From Stegostoma tigrinum (lineage: Eukaryota), in the NCBI RefSeq assembly GCF_030684315.1, contig NC_081390.1:23173288-23237287 (forward strand): 64,000 bases of DNA, written 5' to 3'. Below are positions 1 to 12,445 of this stretch, in pieces (positions within the stretch are counted from its first letter, which is position 1; every line of letters begins with the position of its first letter). The translations under genes and the position numbers were made by a program. The notes under the pieces were generated by a model that was given only the letters and a program-made list of their open reading frames with translations, had not been told where the DNA came from and ran no database searches.

Positions 1-175
1 CTTGTTCACTAATGTCCTTCAGGGAAGGAAAGTGCCATATTTACCTGGTCTGGCCTACATGTGACTCCAGACCCACAGCAATGTGGTTGACTCTTAACTG
101 CCCTCTGGGCAATTAGGGATGGGCAATAAATGCTGCCTAGTCAGTGATGCACACATCCTGTTAATGAATGAAAAA
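1..175 (+). mobile_element. 3' part of an abundant tRNA-derived SINE ('SINE-b'), cut by the window edge
   Basis: TGGTCTGGCCTACATGTGACTCCAGACCCACAGCAATG...GGGATGGGCAATAAATGCTG. Related copies near 2510-3790(-), 7140-7360, 8190-8460, 8505-8790(-), 16485-16800(-), 18640-18900, 43190-43745(-), 46320-46900(-), 50085-50650. Confidence 0.85.
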
Positions 176-633
176 ATTAATTGGGGTTTTATCCATCCTC
201 CCATTAGATGCATCAATGCCATTTGCCTCATCTACTGCATGTGTTCAAACACTGGCACCTCTTGTTAGATAAACAGGTTTTTGCTGAATGTCTGACTGGA
301 TTTATTCGTTAGTGTCCAATTTATTCCTCCTTGTGGGTTACCCGACAAAGTGGACACATTTACCCTTTGTTGCCACTATCAAACCCCATCAAGATCTGAA
401 CGGCGTCAATCAGCTCACTCCCTCCCTACCAACCCAGCCTTTTGCCTTCTATTTAACAAAGAAAAGAACCTCAGTCCTGATGACAAGTGAATGGTTCTGA
501 AGGAGTTAATGTTCATGTTACAGTGAATTCCACCCATTCTGTTGTCATCTCACTCAGTCTACGGATGGAGGCAATGAGTTCCATGCTGGCCTTCAGAGGG
601 AGCAGATGTGCTCTGTACAGCACCAGGACTCTT

Positions 634-953
634 CATAGAATCCCTACATTGTGGAAACAAGGCCTTTGGCCCAACAAGTCCACGCCGAACATCACAGCAT
701 CCCACCCAGACCCATACCCCATAATCCACCTAGCCGACACACCCCTGAACACTACGGGCAATTTAGCCTGGCCAATCCACCTAGTCTGAACATCTTTGGA
801 CTGCAGGAGGAAACTGGAGCACCTGGAAGAATTCCATGCAGACACAGGGAGAATGTGCAAACTCCACACAGATGGTTGCCTGACGGTATAATCAAACCCG
901 GGTCCCTGGTGCTGTGAGGCAGCAGTGCAAACCACTGAGCCACCGTGCCACCC
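634..953 (-). mobile_element. HE1-like tRNA-derived SINE
   Basis: Minus strand GGCACGGTGGCTCAGTGGTTTGCACTGCTGCCTCACAGCACCAGGGACCCGGGTTTGATT (A/B boxes), body TGTGTGGAGTTTGCACATTCTCCC, CR1-type tail ending GGGATTCTATG. Confidence 0.9.
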
Positions 954-2657
954 CTAGGAATTATGCCTTCACTAGTAATGGAGTTGTCCTTATTACTATG
1001 GTTCAATCATCAACAGTGCCTCATTTGTAAACTGTGTATCCTCCACCATTGCTTATTAGACAGGCTTTAGACACAGGACAGACAAAGAGGACTGGTGAAC
1101 TACCTCGAGCAATGTCAGCCACAGACTGGCAGACGTGGCAGATATCACAAGGTGTCAGTGATGCCAATCGTAACAGTGGCACCAGCTTCTTTGAGCCTTT
1201 CCTGGTAGATATACCTCTTTCACACATCACACCACTCACATCTACAGTGCATTTTCCATGAGCTCAGAAACCGCAGAATCTTCCACTTGTGAATGACAAC
1301 GTTCGAAAGTACAATCAATGTAGTGATAAACACAACAGCTGTGAACAGTTAAAATCCCATACCCACCAAACATATTCATCTGCTCAGGGAGTCTGAAGGT
1401 CTGGGGAAGCTGACTACATATTTGAAAATTGTTAACTGCACACAATATGTCTGTAAGAAAAGAATAGTATTGCGAGTTGCCTAGGCTGTTAAGGAGGCAT
1501 GTGTCATAAACACTGATTAGGCAAATCTAATTACTCCAACCTCGCTCACCTAGCAGCCAAGATCAATTTGGGACTGGTATGTTGTTGATAAATTTCTGGT
1601 TCTAGCTCAAGAGGATCCAGGATGAAATATTTGGCTTTCTTTATTTTATTGGACTGTTAGGGAGCAAAAACTTAATTGCTGCAGGTACGCACAAGCATCA
1701 CTAGAGGCATATCTCACTGGAAGGTCCAGCCACCAACAGTACAGATAATTTTGAGGTGTTTGCAAAGCTGTCTTACTTTAAAATAGAATTTGTCCTGACT
1801 TAGAGAGTCCAGCAGAATGTCCTACTCAGGGCACCTTCTTACCCCATGTGGGTCCCACCTGGTGCCTTTCACTGGGCTCCAGAGGCAACATCTATTCCCT
1901 TTGAGGTTGGGAAGCTGCAATGCCCAACATATGGAAGTCTCCACTACTGTCACCCACTCCCTCCTCTCCCTCTCACTGAGGCTCTGCCCGCCACCATTCC
2001 CCAAAGAGAAAGGCAATGGAAATGAAACCATCAATCCATGGTCTGCCTGTGTTGAACCCTGGCTGAGCTTGTGACCATCTGCCAGAATGGCTGAAGAGCT
2101 TGGAGGCCAGTACACTTCCTCCCTTTGAAGGGTTTGATTCCTCCTGAAGTCAGTTTAAATGCTATAAACTGGGATTTTCCGCAAGGCAGAGAAAGCAAAC
2201 AAGCCCATGAGTGGGCAGTAAGGATTGTTGAGTAACAGCTTAATGGAGAATTGGTTAAAATTCTTTGCCCAAAGATGACTGTGGAACTCTGTGCCACAGG
2301 TGCTGGTTGAGCGGAATAAGATCAATGCAGTTATGCATGAAGTAGATAAAGTGATGTGGGAGGAAGGAATAGCAGGATATGAGAGTTTGGCAAGATTGAA
2401 TAAGGTCAGAGGTAGCTTCTGAGCAGCAGCAATATTGACACACACCAGATGAGCAAATAGTCTGTTTCACTGCTGCAGACTCAATGTAAAGTAAATCTTT
2501 CTTGTCTACTCTTTTGTGGGATGCGGATGTCACTGCTAAAGCCAGCATCTATTGCCCTTGACATGAGTGGCCTGCAGGCCTTATCAGGGGGCAAGTAAGC
2601 ATCAACAACATTGCTGTGGATCTGGAGTCACATGTAGGCCAGAGCAGATTGCCCTCC

Positions 2658-3588
2658 CGTTATGGACAAGATCAAATCCCCTCAAAATATTGAGGAGATA
2701 GTTGAGATCCTAATCTTTTCTTATTTTAAAGGTAAACATAAGATGTGGCATTCCAGATGAAATTTGATGGATCAAACTTTTTAAAGCAAAACACACTTTA
2801 TTCATCCACCATAGTTAGCAGGAGGAATTGGAATAACAACTGTCGTGGAAAACTTAATAGAACAATGGATACAGTGACTATTACTAATTAACTGTTCCAA
2901 TATAGTAACATCCCATCAACACACCCTTTCATAGAATCCCCTCAGTACAGAAACAGGCCATTCAGCCCAATAAGTCCATACAGAACTTCTGAAGACCATC
3001 CCACCTGGACCCATTCCCACATTTCCCAAAGCTATCGCACCTAACCTACACATCCCTGAATATTATGGACAATTTAGCATGACCAATCCACCTAACTTGC
3101 ACATTTGTGGACTGTAGGAGGAAACTGGGGCACCCAGCAGAAATCTATGCAGACACGGGGTAAATGTGCAAACTCCACACGGACAGCTGCCCAAGACTAG
3201 AATCGAACATAGGTCCCTGGCGCTGTGAGGTGTAGCGCTGAGCTACTGTGCCATCCCATGCAGAAGGCAAATTCAGGAAACAGATCGTCTTACATGCAAT
3301 TCCAGCAGCCCAGGAGAAAAAAAAGCAAGAAGTTATGTAAGAATGTAGCATCTGGGAGACAGTTCCTGCAGCTTAGCCCTACTGAGACCGCAGCAACAAC
3401 TGCTGAAAGCTAAAACTAAAAATCTTGATTCTGTGGAATTTTGATTCCACCCATTCAGGTTGCCTCTATTGTTCCAAATTTTAAAAAAAAAACCCAAGAC
3501 CTCACAAGCTGTTTACTTGAGTGGCTCTGGGAGATTGCTCACCACCCCTGCCACACAATACACCTCTTAATGACACAGTTGTGTCACA
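2658..3588. mobile_element. Solo LTR-like insertion splitting a SINE-b, itself interrupted by an HE1-like SINE
   Basis: Ends cGTTATG...TGTCACA. 4-bp TSD CTCC at 2654-2657 and 3589-3592. The flanking SINE-b sequence is continuous across it. Confidence 0.65.
2930..3256 (-). mobile_element. HE1-like SINE nested in solo LTR
   Basis: Same body and tail as 634-953. Confidence 0.85.
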
Positions 3589-4369
3589 CTCCCTAAACTG
3601 TATTAGTGAAGTAGATGGGTCTTCACAACAGTTACATGCTTGTCATTAGACCAGGATTTTGACCAAGATTTTTACTGAATTCAAATTTCCACAGTCTGCA
3701 TTGGTGAGATTCAAACCCATATCTTCAGAACATTTTCCTGGGTGTTGTAGATTAGCAGTCAGTATCTTTACCACTTTGCTAGTGGTGCCTGCTCTACAGA
3801 GCCACAACTGGAGCTCTGTACAGTGGGTGTGAGGACTGCAACTTGTGTCAGTTTGAGTCCAAACACAACACGTTTGCTGTGGCTTTTTCAAGTACAGTCC
3901 ATCCTTTACTGTCATGCAATATAATCCACTTCATATTGTTCTCCAATACAATATCCTTTTTATCCAAAAGGATTGACATGACTGGAGCACAAAATAAATG
4001 TTGCGTATTGAAACAGCCATAATTCACAAATAAGTATCTGCAGAAACTAAAATATACAAGAGAACAGTTTAATTTATACGCTGGTACTAAATTAAACTGG
4101 AGTCCTGCCAAATATATCATGAACTAAATGAATCCTTCACCTGTAATGACTTGTTTAATAATTGACAATACAAATGACTGTGGAATAAATGGTCCTTGGT
4201 GTAATCAGATCCATTTCATTTGTTAGCTTGTCGGCTAAAGGCCAGCTGTTGTTTTGAAGCAAAGTGCACGAATACGTTAAAAAGCTGGGCTGCAGTCCTC
4301 AGAGGGTGTCAAAGGAGGAAACGTTGAGTTAGTTAGATCCGAATGCATTGAGGATGAGCAGAATGAGCA

Positions 4370-4755
4370 GCGACCTTGTTGAAACTTAGAAGATTCAGGA
4401 TGGGGGTACGAAGAACAGATTGACAGGGTAAATGCTGAAAGGTTATTTTCTCCTTGTAGGGATTCTAGAATGTAGAAGGGGGGCAGGCAGTGTTTCAAAG
4501 TAAGGCAGGGATGAGCCATAATTTCTTCGTTAAGAGGATCATTAATCTTTGGAATGCACTACATCAGACAACAGCGGAGACTGGGTCACTGAATACTTTC
4601 AAGGCCGAGACTAGCAAGGTTTTTGAGTTAAAGGGCTTGGGGGACAGGCAGAAACCTGGAGTTAAATCACAATCAGATCAGCCATGACATTACTGAATAG
4701 TAAAACAGACTGGAAGGACTGAGTGGCCTATTCCTGCTTTTGCTTCTTATGATCG
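4370..4755 (+). mobile_element. CR1/HER1 LINE 3' fragment
   Basis: ORF 4490..4687 NFFVKRIINLWNAL...SLNTFK is the CR1 ORF2 C-terminus, followed by the GAGTGGCCTATTCCTGCT tail. Confidence 0.8.
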
Positions 4756-5809
4756 TATATCAATCAGGCACAGACATTCCAGAAAGGCAACATTGCTCCT
4801 TTCAGAACCATAAGATTAGTGAGCCCGGAATTTTACCATCTTCTTTCTAGTTAGTATAAGGTTCAACCTTTATTGCTTTTGTGAAGTACAGCACGAACAA
4901 AATACCAGACTATAATATCAGTCCAACAGCCGCTCAGAATGTAGGCTGAACCAAAAACATCTGAATTACCGACGAGTTTGGTACAATCTGATCTAAGCTG
5001 ATTGCTTGCACGCTGTGGGGAAAGGCCAATGTATTGAAATGCACAATGTCACTTCAGTCATTAGAGCAAGATTTACCTTCAATTGCATCCCGTTCACTTA
5101 ATGAACATTTAAAAAAAAATTGACAGGCACAGAAATCCTCCCCGGATCATTATGAACAAACAGTTCATAAATCATAATACAACCATAATGTGGCGACAAG
5201 TGGGGAGCATTGAACAATCATCATACACAAAAGGGAACAAACTCATGAAGGAATTACTTAGAATGTTCAGTTTAAAGGACGGCTTAATCTTCTTGGCCCA
5301 AGGTACAATAAATCTGCATTGAATACTTTTAGTCCTTTGAAACGCAGAGTTAAATGGACAATTTAATCAAAACAAATTGCTTCTGTATAGACTGCAGATA
5401 ATAATTACACAGAATGCATTATAATCAACTAAACTGGTACTTTATAACCACTTGAATGCTGATCATAATCTGGTGAGATATATCAATCATATTATTCATA
5501 ATCAACTGATTTTGATTAACCCCAAGCATCCATTAAATACTTGGTGCTAATATGGATGACAGTAGATTGCCAAGCAGGCTTGCCAAACTAGAGCCCAATT
5601 ACACACTAAGATGATATTAAATATTTCCCATGAACTGCTCAGTGTCTCTGATTATTCAACTGGGGACTAAAACCAATATTCAGAAAAGAGGAGATAACAA
5701 GGTGTGGAGCTGGATGAACACAGCAGGCCAAGCGGCATCAGGGGAGCAGGAAGGCTGACGGTTCAGGCCTACAGAAGCATTGCTCAGGCAAACAATAAAA
5801 AAGAATATG

Positions 5810-6207
5810 TGAGTGATAATGGGAACTGCAGATGCTGGAGAATCCAAGATAACAAAGTGTGAAGCTGGATGAACACAGCAGGCCAAACAGCATCTCAGGA
5901 GCACAAAAGCTGATGTTTTGGGCCTAGACCCTTCATCAGAGAGGGGGATGGGGTGAGGGCTCTAGAATGAATAGGGAGAGAGGGGGAGGTGGACCGAAGA
6001 TAGAGAGAAAAGAAGATAGGTGGAGAGGAGAGTATAGGTGGGGAGGTAGGGAGGGGATAGGTCAGTCCAGGGAAGACGGACAGGTCAAGGAGGTGGGATG
6101 AGGTTAGTAGGTTGGAGATGGAGGTGCGGCTTGGGGTGGGAGGAAGGGATGGGTGAGTGGAAGAATAGGTTAGGGAGGCAGAGACAGGTTGGACTGGTTT
6201 TGGGATG
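5810..6207 (-). mobile_element. PLE family A 3' fragment (pseudo-LTR plus tail) with decayed hammerhead at 5909-5939
   Basis: Same sequence as the 3' end of the GIY-YIG-bearing copy at 30905-31640. 13-bp TSD CAATAAAAAAGAA (5793-5805, 6208-6220). A second short copy lies at about 5692-5770. Confidence 0.85.
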
Positions 6208-6477
6208 CAATAAAAAAGAACGCTTGGTTCCTGAAATAATACGGCCATTTCTCAAGGCTGTGAATCTTAGAACTACTCACTGCATGTGTAAAGATAAAGC
6301 TGACGATGGACACAGCTGCCTGCTTCAGGTTAACCCGGGGTCCAGTAGTTTCTTATTTGGGGCCTGAGGCCCCGGCGATGTTTTGATGGAGTCTCCTCAC
6401 CCACACTGCTGCCTTGATTACCCTCCTACAGTCAGTCAGACTCCCCCATCGACTGAGAAGTCAAGATGACTGGTCCA

Positions 6478-6665
6478 GCTCAGACAGCTGGCTTGCAATG
6501 CAGAGTGACACTGACAGTGTGGGTTCAATTCCTACACCGGCTGAGGTTACCATGAAGGGCTCTCCCCTTACCTGAGGCACAGTGACCCTCTGGCGAAAAC
6601 ACCACCGGTTGTCTCTCTAATGAGAAACCACACGTACGATCTGGTAGGACCAGGCAGTGACCTCA
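6478..6665 (+). mobile_element. Third tRNA-derived SINE family ('SINE-c')
   Basis: B-box GGTTCAATTCC then GGCTGAGGTTACCATGAAGG...GTGACCCTC. Copies near 26195-26345, 36935-37110, 53405-53590(-), 62790-63012. Confidence 0.75.
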
Positions 6666-6699
6666 TTTTCTTTAATATAACCTGAATGAGCTGAATGCC

Positions 6700-7130
6700 T
6701 TATGAGGAAAAGGCTAGACAGACTATCCCTGAATCCTCTGGCGTTAAGCAGAGTCGGAGGTGACTTAATTGAAATGTATAAATTCCCCAGTGGACTTGGC
6801 TGGGTGAATGTGGAAAGGATGTTTCATCTTGTCGGAGTGTCTAGAACGAGGCACTATCATTTAAAAACAAATGGTTGCCCATTTAAGACAAAGAGAGGAA
6901 TTAAATTTTCAGAGGGTTGAGAGTCTTTGGAATTCCCTTCCTCAAAAGGTAGTGAAACACAATTGTCAAATATTTTTAAGGCAGGCGAGATAAATTCTTG
7001 ATGACTAAGGGGAATGGAAGATTTTCAGCATCATGCAGCAATGTAGATATGGGACTGAAATTGGATCAGTCATGAACTTACTGGATGGCGGAACAGGCTG
7101 GAAGGGCTGAGTGGCCTACTCCTGTTCCTT
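6700..7130 (+). mobile_element. CR1/HER1 LINE 3' fragment
   Basis: ORF 6702..6920 RLDRLSL...GDLIEMYK...SRTRH is the CR1 ORF2 C-terminus plus 3' tail. Confidence 0.85.
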
Positions 7131-8816
7131 GTCGATGGTAATATCAATGAGCTAAAAATCTAGAACTCAAGTTGATTTTTTAGCATGATGGGTTCAAATC
7201 CCAAGTCAGCAGACGGTGAAATTTGATTTCTGGTATTACAAAACTCACCTTATGACAACATGTAATCACAATCAACCGTTGTGAAAACCCATCTGGTTCA
7301 CTCATACCTTTTAAGGAGGGAGATCTGCCATCCTTACCTGGTCTGGCTTACAAGTGGCTTCAAGTTGGAGTAATAAAAATCACGGCTGTATGAACTGTCT
7401 GTACTGTAGCAACACCAAAGGTTGTAGGGCAGGAGTAGGTGTGACAGTTAGTGAGGAACAATGTCACGGAGAGAATTTATTAACAGGTTGAGAACGAGTT
7501 TGTTCCAGGAACCAGGGAAGGTTGCAGAATTTGAAATTATATTAATGATTATCCAGCTAGACAAATTGACCAGGGTGAGGGCCATGACTGAAATATTTTC
7601 CCACTTGGCTTTATCTCACCATACAAGCTAATTCCATCTACATTACTGTCAGTGAACCAACTGTATACTGTCCTAGCTTGCAGCTCAGTTTAGCTGGTGA
7701 AATTCCATCAAACGTCCTGCACACAGTTGAGAATTATTCCAACCTTGACTCTTACCAACATGTGCTCTCAGGATATGGACAGAATGAACACATGGCTGAG
7801 TCTGTCCTAAATGAGGCAGCATCCTGCAATCTGATGTAAATGCAAATTCATTTGTTTAATCAAAAAGAAAACACAATAGTGGAATTATCAGGGGTTCTAT
7901 TTTCCAGACACCAATCATAACGATGGTTTTGTAACACCTGAGATTTTCTCTCTCGTCCAACAGGTCAATTTTTCACAATTAGTTAAGTTGTTTGATTAAA
8001 TCTTCACTAGTGAATAACAACAGTTATCAACTACCTCGTTCCTTTATTATACAGAGAAAAAAATACAGCCCTTTGATAGTTTGATCTCAATATGACACTG
8101 AACACCAGTATCAGTCTCTTCAAATTGTGAAAAAAACATTGATCATTTTTGGAGACAAAGGCTCATCAAACATGCTGTTGAGAACAATAGTGGAGCAGCT
8201 CTGTCACTAGAAATGCAATCCAGAATCTAGGACAAACCATCTTGTGACAGGAATTCAAATTCAAACAATTGAAGAAATTTGGCATGAAATAAAACCAAAT
8301 GGTCACTGTGAAATTACTAGATTGTCAGGAAATACCTGACTGGAACATAAATGTCATTCAGAGAAGGAAATATGCCATCTGTAGGTGGTCTGGCCTTCAT
8401 TTGACTCCAGACCCACAGCAATAACTTATCTCTGAAGTGGTTTGTCAAGCCATTGAGTTGTCTGGGCAAACATCTCAAAAGCAATTTTAATTTGTTTCTT
8501 TTAGTCTATTCATGGGATGTAAAAGTCTCTGGCATTTTTTATCCTCAAACTGAGTAGCTTGCTAGGCCCTCATTGAGGGCAGTTAAGAGTCAACCTTGAC
8601 GCTATGGGTCTGGAGTCATATGTAGGCCAGACCAGGTAAGAATGGTAGATTTCCTTCCCTAAAGGGCATCAGTGAACAAGATGGAGTTTTTACAACAATT
8701 AACAGTAGCTGCACAGTCAACACTAGATTAGACTTCAATTCCAGATTTCACCATCTCTCACGGTGGATTCAAACTCAGGTCCCCAGAAAATCAGAGCTTA
8801 AGGTAATTAGCATACA

Positions 8817-9047
8817 GAGAATCCCTACAGTGTGGAAACAGGCCATTCAGCCCATCAAGTCTGCACCCACCCTCCAAAGAGCATCCTAGCCAGACCCCTT
8901 CCATATCCCCACATTTCCCATGGCTAACCCATCTAGTTTGTACTTCCTTGGGCACTATGGGGCAATTTCCCACGGCCAATCCAACCTAACATGCACATCT
9001 TTGGACTGTGGGAGGAAACTGAGGCACCTGGAGGAAACTCACACAGA
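8817..9047 (-). mobile_element. HE1-like SINE, partial
   Basis: Body and tail match 634-953. Confidence 0.85.
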
Positions 9048-9121
9048 AAAAGTATATATAGCCCAGTGACATAACCACTAATGGCAACCTCCTTCCAATA
9101 CTTAGTTGTAGGCAATTAATA

Positions 9122-9339
9122 CAGGAACAAAAACAAAGTTGCTGGAAAAGCTCAGCAGGTCTGGCAGCATCTTTGGAGGAGAAAACAGAGTTAACATTTC
9201 GGGTCCAATGATCCTTCCTCAGGCACCGGACCTGAAACATTAACTCTGTTTTCTCCTCCACAGATGCTGCCAGACCTGCTGAGCTTTTCCAGCAACTTTG
9301 TTTTTGTTCCTGATTTACAGTATCCACAGTTCTTTTGGT
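9122..9339. mobile_element. Fold-back PLE family B mini-element with hammerhead motif (9191-9222, minus)
   Basis: About 85-bp inverted arms 9122-9206 and 9228-9312, plus one-sided tail. TSD AATTAATACAGG/AATCAATACAGG (9114-9125, 9340-9351). Confidence 0.85.
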
Positions 9340-9906
9340 AATCAATACAGGGCTCTTCTGTCATAACACCCACACCATGGTAATTCTGACATTACCAAGG
9401 CTGTAAGCTTTGCTTGGTTTCCATATGTTTTGTGACTTACACACCAACCTGTGTCGGGTGGAGTGAGGAAGTTTCAAAAGAAGTCTTTAAAACTGGTCAG
9501 CTTTGTAGTCTTATTTAGATGTCATGCTTCATATCATCGACAGCTTGGCCATGAGCTAAATGAAAGGCTAATTTGACAAGAAAAGGCACAATCACTTAAA
9601 AACAAACAAAAGCATCTGTGGATGCTGTAGATCAGAGACAACGATAGAAATTGCTGGAAAAGCTGAGCGGGTCTGGCAGCATCTGTGGGGTGAAATCAGA
9701 GTTAACGTTTCGGGTCAAGAGACTCTTCTTCTGGGTCATCTGATTCAGCATTGATATGACCGATAGGAATACAGTGCTGGGTGCTCTACCCTGAAAGAGC
9801 ATACCAACAGGAATACATTAGGGTTGCAAGCAGCAAGTTTGAATACACAAACAGAAAGAAAACTGCTGCCTGAACAGGGAAACTAGACACGCTGTACCAC
9901 CTAAAT

Positions 9907-10036
9907 GACAAAGTGTGAAGCTGGATGAACACAGCAGGCCACATCAGGTGCTCCTGAGATGCTGCTTGGCCTGCTGTGTTCATCCAGCTTCAGACTTTGT
10001 TATCTTGGATTCTCCAGCATCTGCAGTTCCCATTCG
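9907..10036. mobile_element. Fold-back PLE family A mini-element
   Basis: 34-bp arms 9908-9941 and 9967-10000, one-sided tail, 15-bp TSD CTGTACCACCTAAAT (9892-9906, 10039-10053). Confidence 0.88.
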
Positions 10037-11684
10037 CTCTGTACCACCTAAATTGGGATACACATTGAATACATTTTTAACGGGTGTAGCAATTTTATCA
10101 GCTGACCCCATCACTTTGTTTAGCTTTACAACTATTGCTGTCCCAATGCTGACATCCTTTGCCTTGCTGATTCGCCAAAGTTTAACTGATTGTCAGGAAA
10201 CCTGTGGATCTCACAGCCACAAACGGGAGTGAATGAGCGAGGAAATGGGAAGCTGATCTGTGGTTGTCTGCAGAGTGCTCCTTCCTGCAGTTTGTCTCCC
10301 TCCGATTCTGCGTCCATTAAGGCCAATTGTCAGTCTTCTGCCCAGTGACTGCTTGTGGGTCAGAACTATTTCTAACAGGGGCGCAGAAGACAACCCTGTC
10401 CCAAGCATACCGCCAACTGTGTTTCGGAACTGGGCAAGGATGTCGGGATGTGGTTCCAGGTGAAGCTCTGCATTAAACTGCAGCCCAGAGAAAGAAACCA
10501 CTTTCAGATCACACTGCTAGACGTTGCTTCATTGAGCACAGAATGAATTATTTTGAAATTCCAGCATCTGCAGTAATTTGCCTTTAACTGGAAATAGTTA
10601 ACCCCCTGTCCAACGATGGTACAAACACAGAGAACGCTGGAGAAACTCAGCAAGTCCGGCCACATCTGTGGAGACAGAGATAAACAGCGTTTCTGAAGAA
10701 CAGTCATACCAGACTTGAAAAGTTAATTGTGTTTCTCTCTGCGCAGATGTTTACCAACACAGAACCTTACATATTTTTGAACACAGCTGTTAAATTTCCC
10801 CTTCACATTTCCTGCATTAAGGAGAACAATTCCAGCGTCACTGGTCTGCAATGCATTCAGAATCTGAGTCTGCTCCATCCGTACCGTGAGATTTCAGGCA
10901 CAAGGTTGGTACATTGTGAACCCATGCCTTGCTGGACACCCTCCAACGTTCACATCCTTAACCTCTAACTACTCACCGGATAAATTAGCTTGTTTCCCTA
11001 ACATCTTTAACAAGCAACATTAATCCTGCTTACATAGTTTTTAAAGACAGCCTGAAGTAAATATTAAAGTCTGATGTTTTACTTGTGCGTGCTCCAGTAA
11101 GGGGGTTTACTACAGAATCAGACTCATGCACTGACAAAACACTGCACTGCGGTGGCAAGAATGTTTTGTGGTTTCATTTGATTGAAGGTCAGAGCTGAGA
11201 TCAAGTGAGGCTCCAGGTAATGGCCAAGATCACCCACACCGTCATTCTAACGGAAAGAAACACATTTTGGTGGAGCAGCTACCTGTCATCTGAAGCTACA
11301 CACACAAGGGATATGAATTTTCATACATTCATTAGACCAAATGGCAGGAAATCAAAACGACAAAGCCCTGAAGAGCTCCCCAATTTAGAGCGAGTGATGC
11401 AGAATCTGTCAAGCAACCGAGGAATAATGACGAAAGTGAAAGCAGCTGACCACTGATCCATTAGCTGGCTCATTAGCTTCTCTTTATGCCCCGTGTCAAT
11501 CTCCTGACATGCACCGTGTGGGGAAATAAACAAAGCGGGATTAGAGCCTCAGGGTTATGAGGACCGAGGCATCCAGGTGTATCTGCTGTCATGCAGTAAG
11601 GGTATTATTAAATTTGGCTGCAGTTAAGGTACAAGTCACAATCAGTCAACTGCCCATGACACATCACTCCCTAATTTTACAATC

Positions 11685-12235
11685 ATAGAGTCATACAGCA
11701 TTGAAGCTGACTCTTAGGTCCAACCAGTCCATGCCAACCACAGTCCCAAACTAAACTAATCCCACCTGTCTGCGCTTGACCCATATTCCTCCAAACATTT
11801 TTTATTCATTTACCTATCTAAATATCTTTTAAATGTTTTAACTGTACCCCCGTGCACACTTTCTCTAGCAGTTCATTCCACACATGAACCACTCAATTCC
11901 CCTCATGTCTTTTTAAATCTTTTTTCCTCTCACCTTAAAAATATGTCCCTTAGTCTTGAGATCCTCCAGCCTCGGGAAAAGGACACCTATCATTCACCTT
12001 ATCTACACTCCTTATTATTTTATAAATCTCTATAAGGTTACCTCTCAACCTCCTATGCTACAGTGAAAAAGTCTCAGCCTATCCAGCCTCTCCTTATAAC
12101 TCAATGCCTCCATTCCCAGCAATATCCTGGTAAATCTCTTCTGAACCCTGCCCAGCTCCATAATACCCTTCCTATAACAGGAAGGCCAGCAGTGGACACG
12201 GTACTCCAGAAGAGGCCTCGCCAATGTCCTATATT
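11685..12235 (-). mobile_element. CR1/HER1 LINE 3' fragment
   Basis: ORF 12045..12296 YRTLARPLLEYRVHCW...RVQKRFTRIL...LSYKERLDRL, with (CTATGA)n tail. Confidence 0.9.
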
Positions 12236-12259
12236 CAGAGGTGTATTTACTTAAATTTT

Positions 12260-12445
12260 TGATGTGGATATGCCGGTGTTGGATGGGGATGGACAAAGTC
12301 AGAAGTCACACGACACCAGGTTATAGTCCAAAAGATTTACTTGAAATCACAAGCTTTCAGTGCATTGCTCCTTCACCAGGTGAAGTCAGACTTCACCTGA
12401 TGAAGAAGCAGCACTACAAAAATTTGTGGTTTCAAATAAACTTAA
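12260..12445. mobile_element. PLE family D fold-back with two back-to-back decayed hammerheads (12351-12379 minus, 12397-12426 plus)
   Basis: Centre CAGGTGAAGTC-A-GACTTCACCTG. Motif type CTGATGAAGGAGCAGCGCTCCGAAAGCTTGTG. 13-bp TSD TATTTACTTAAAT (12244-12256, 12455-12467). Confidence 0.75.
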
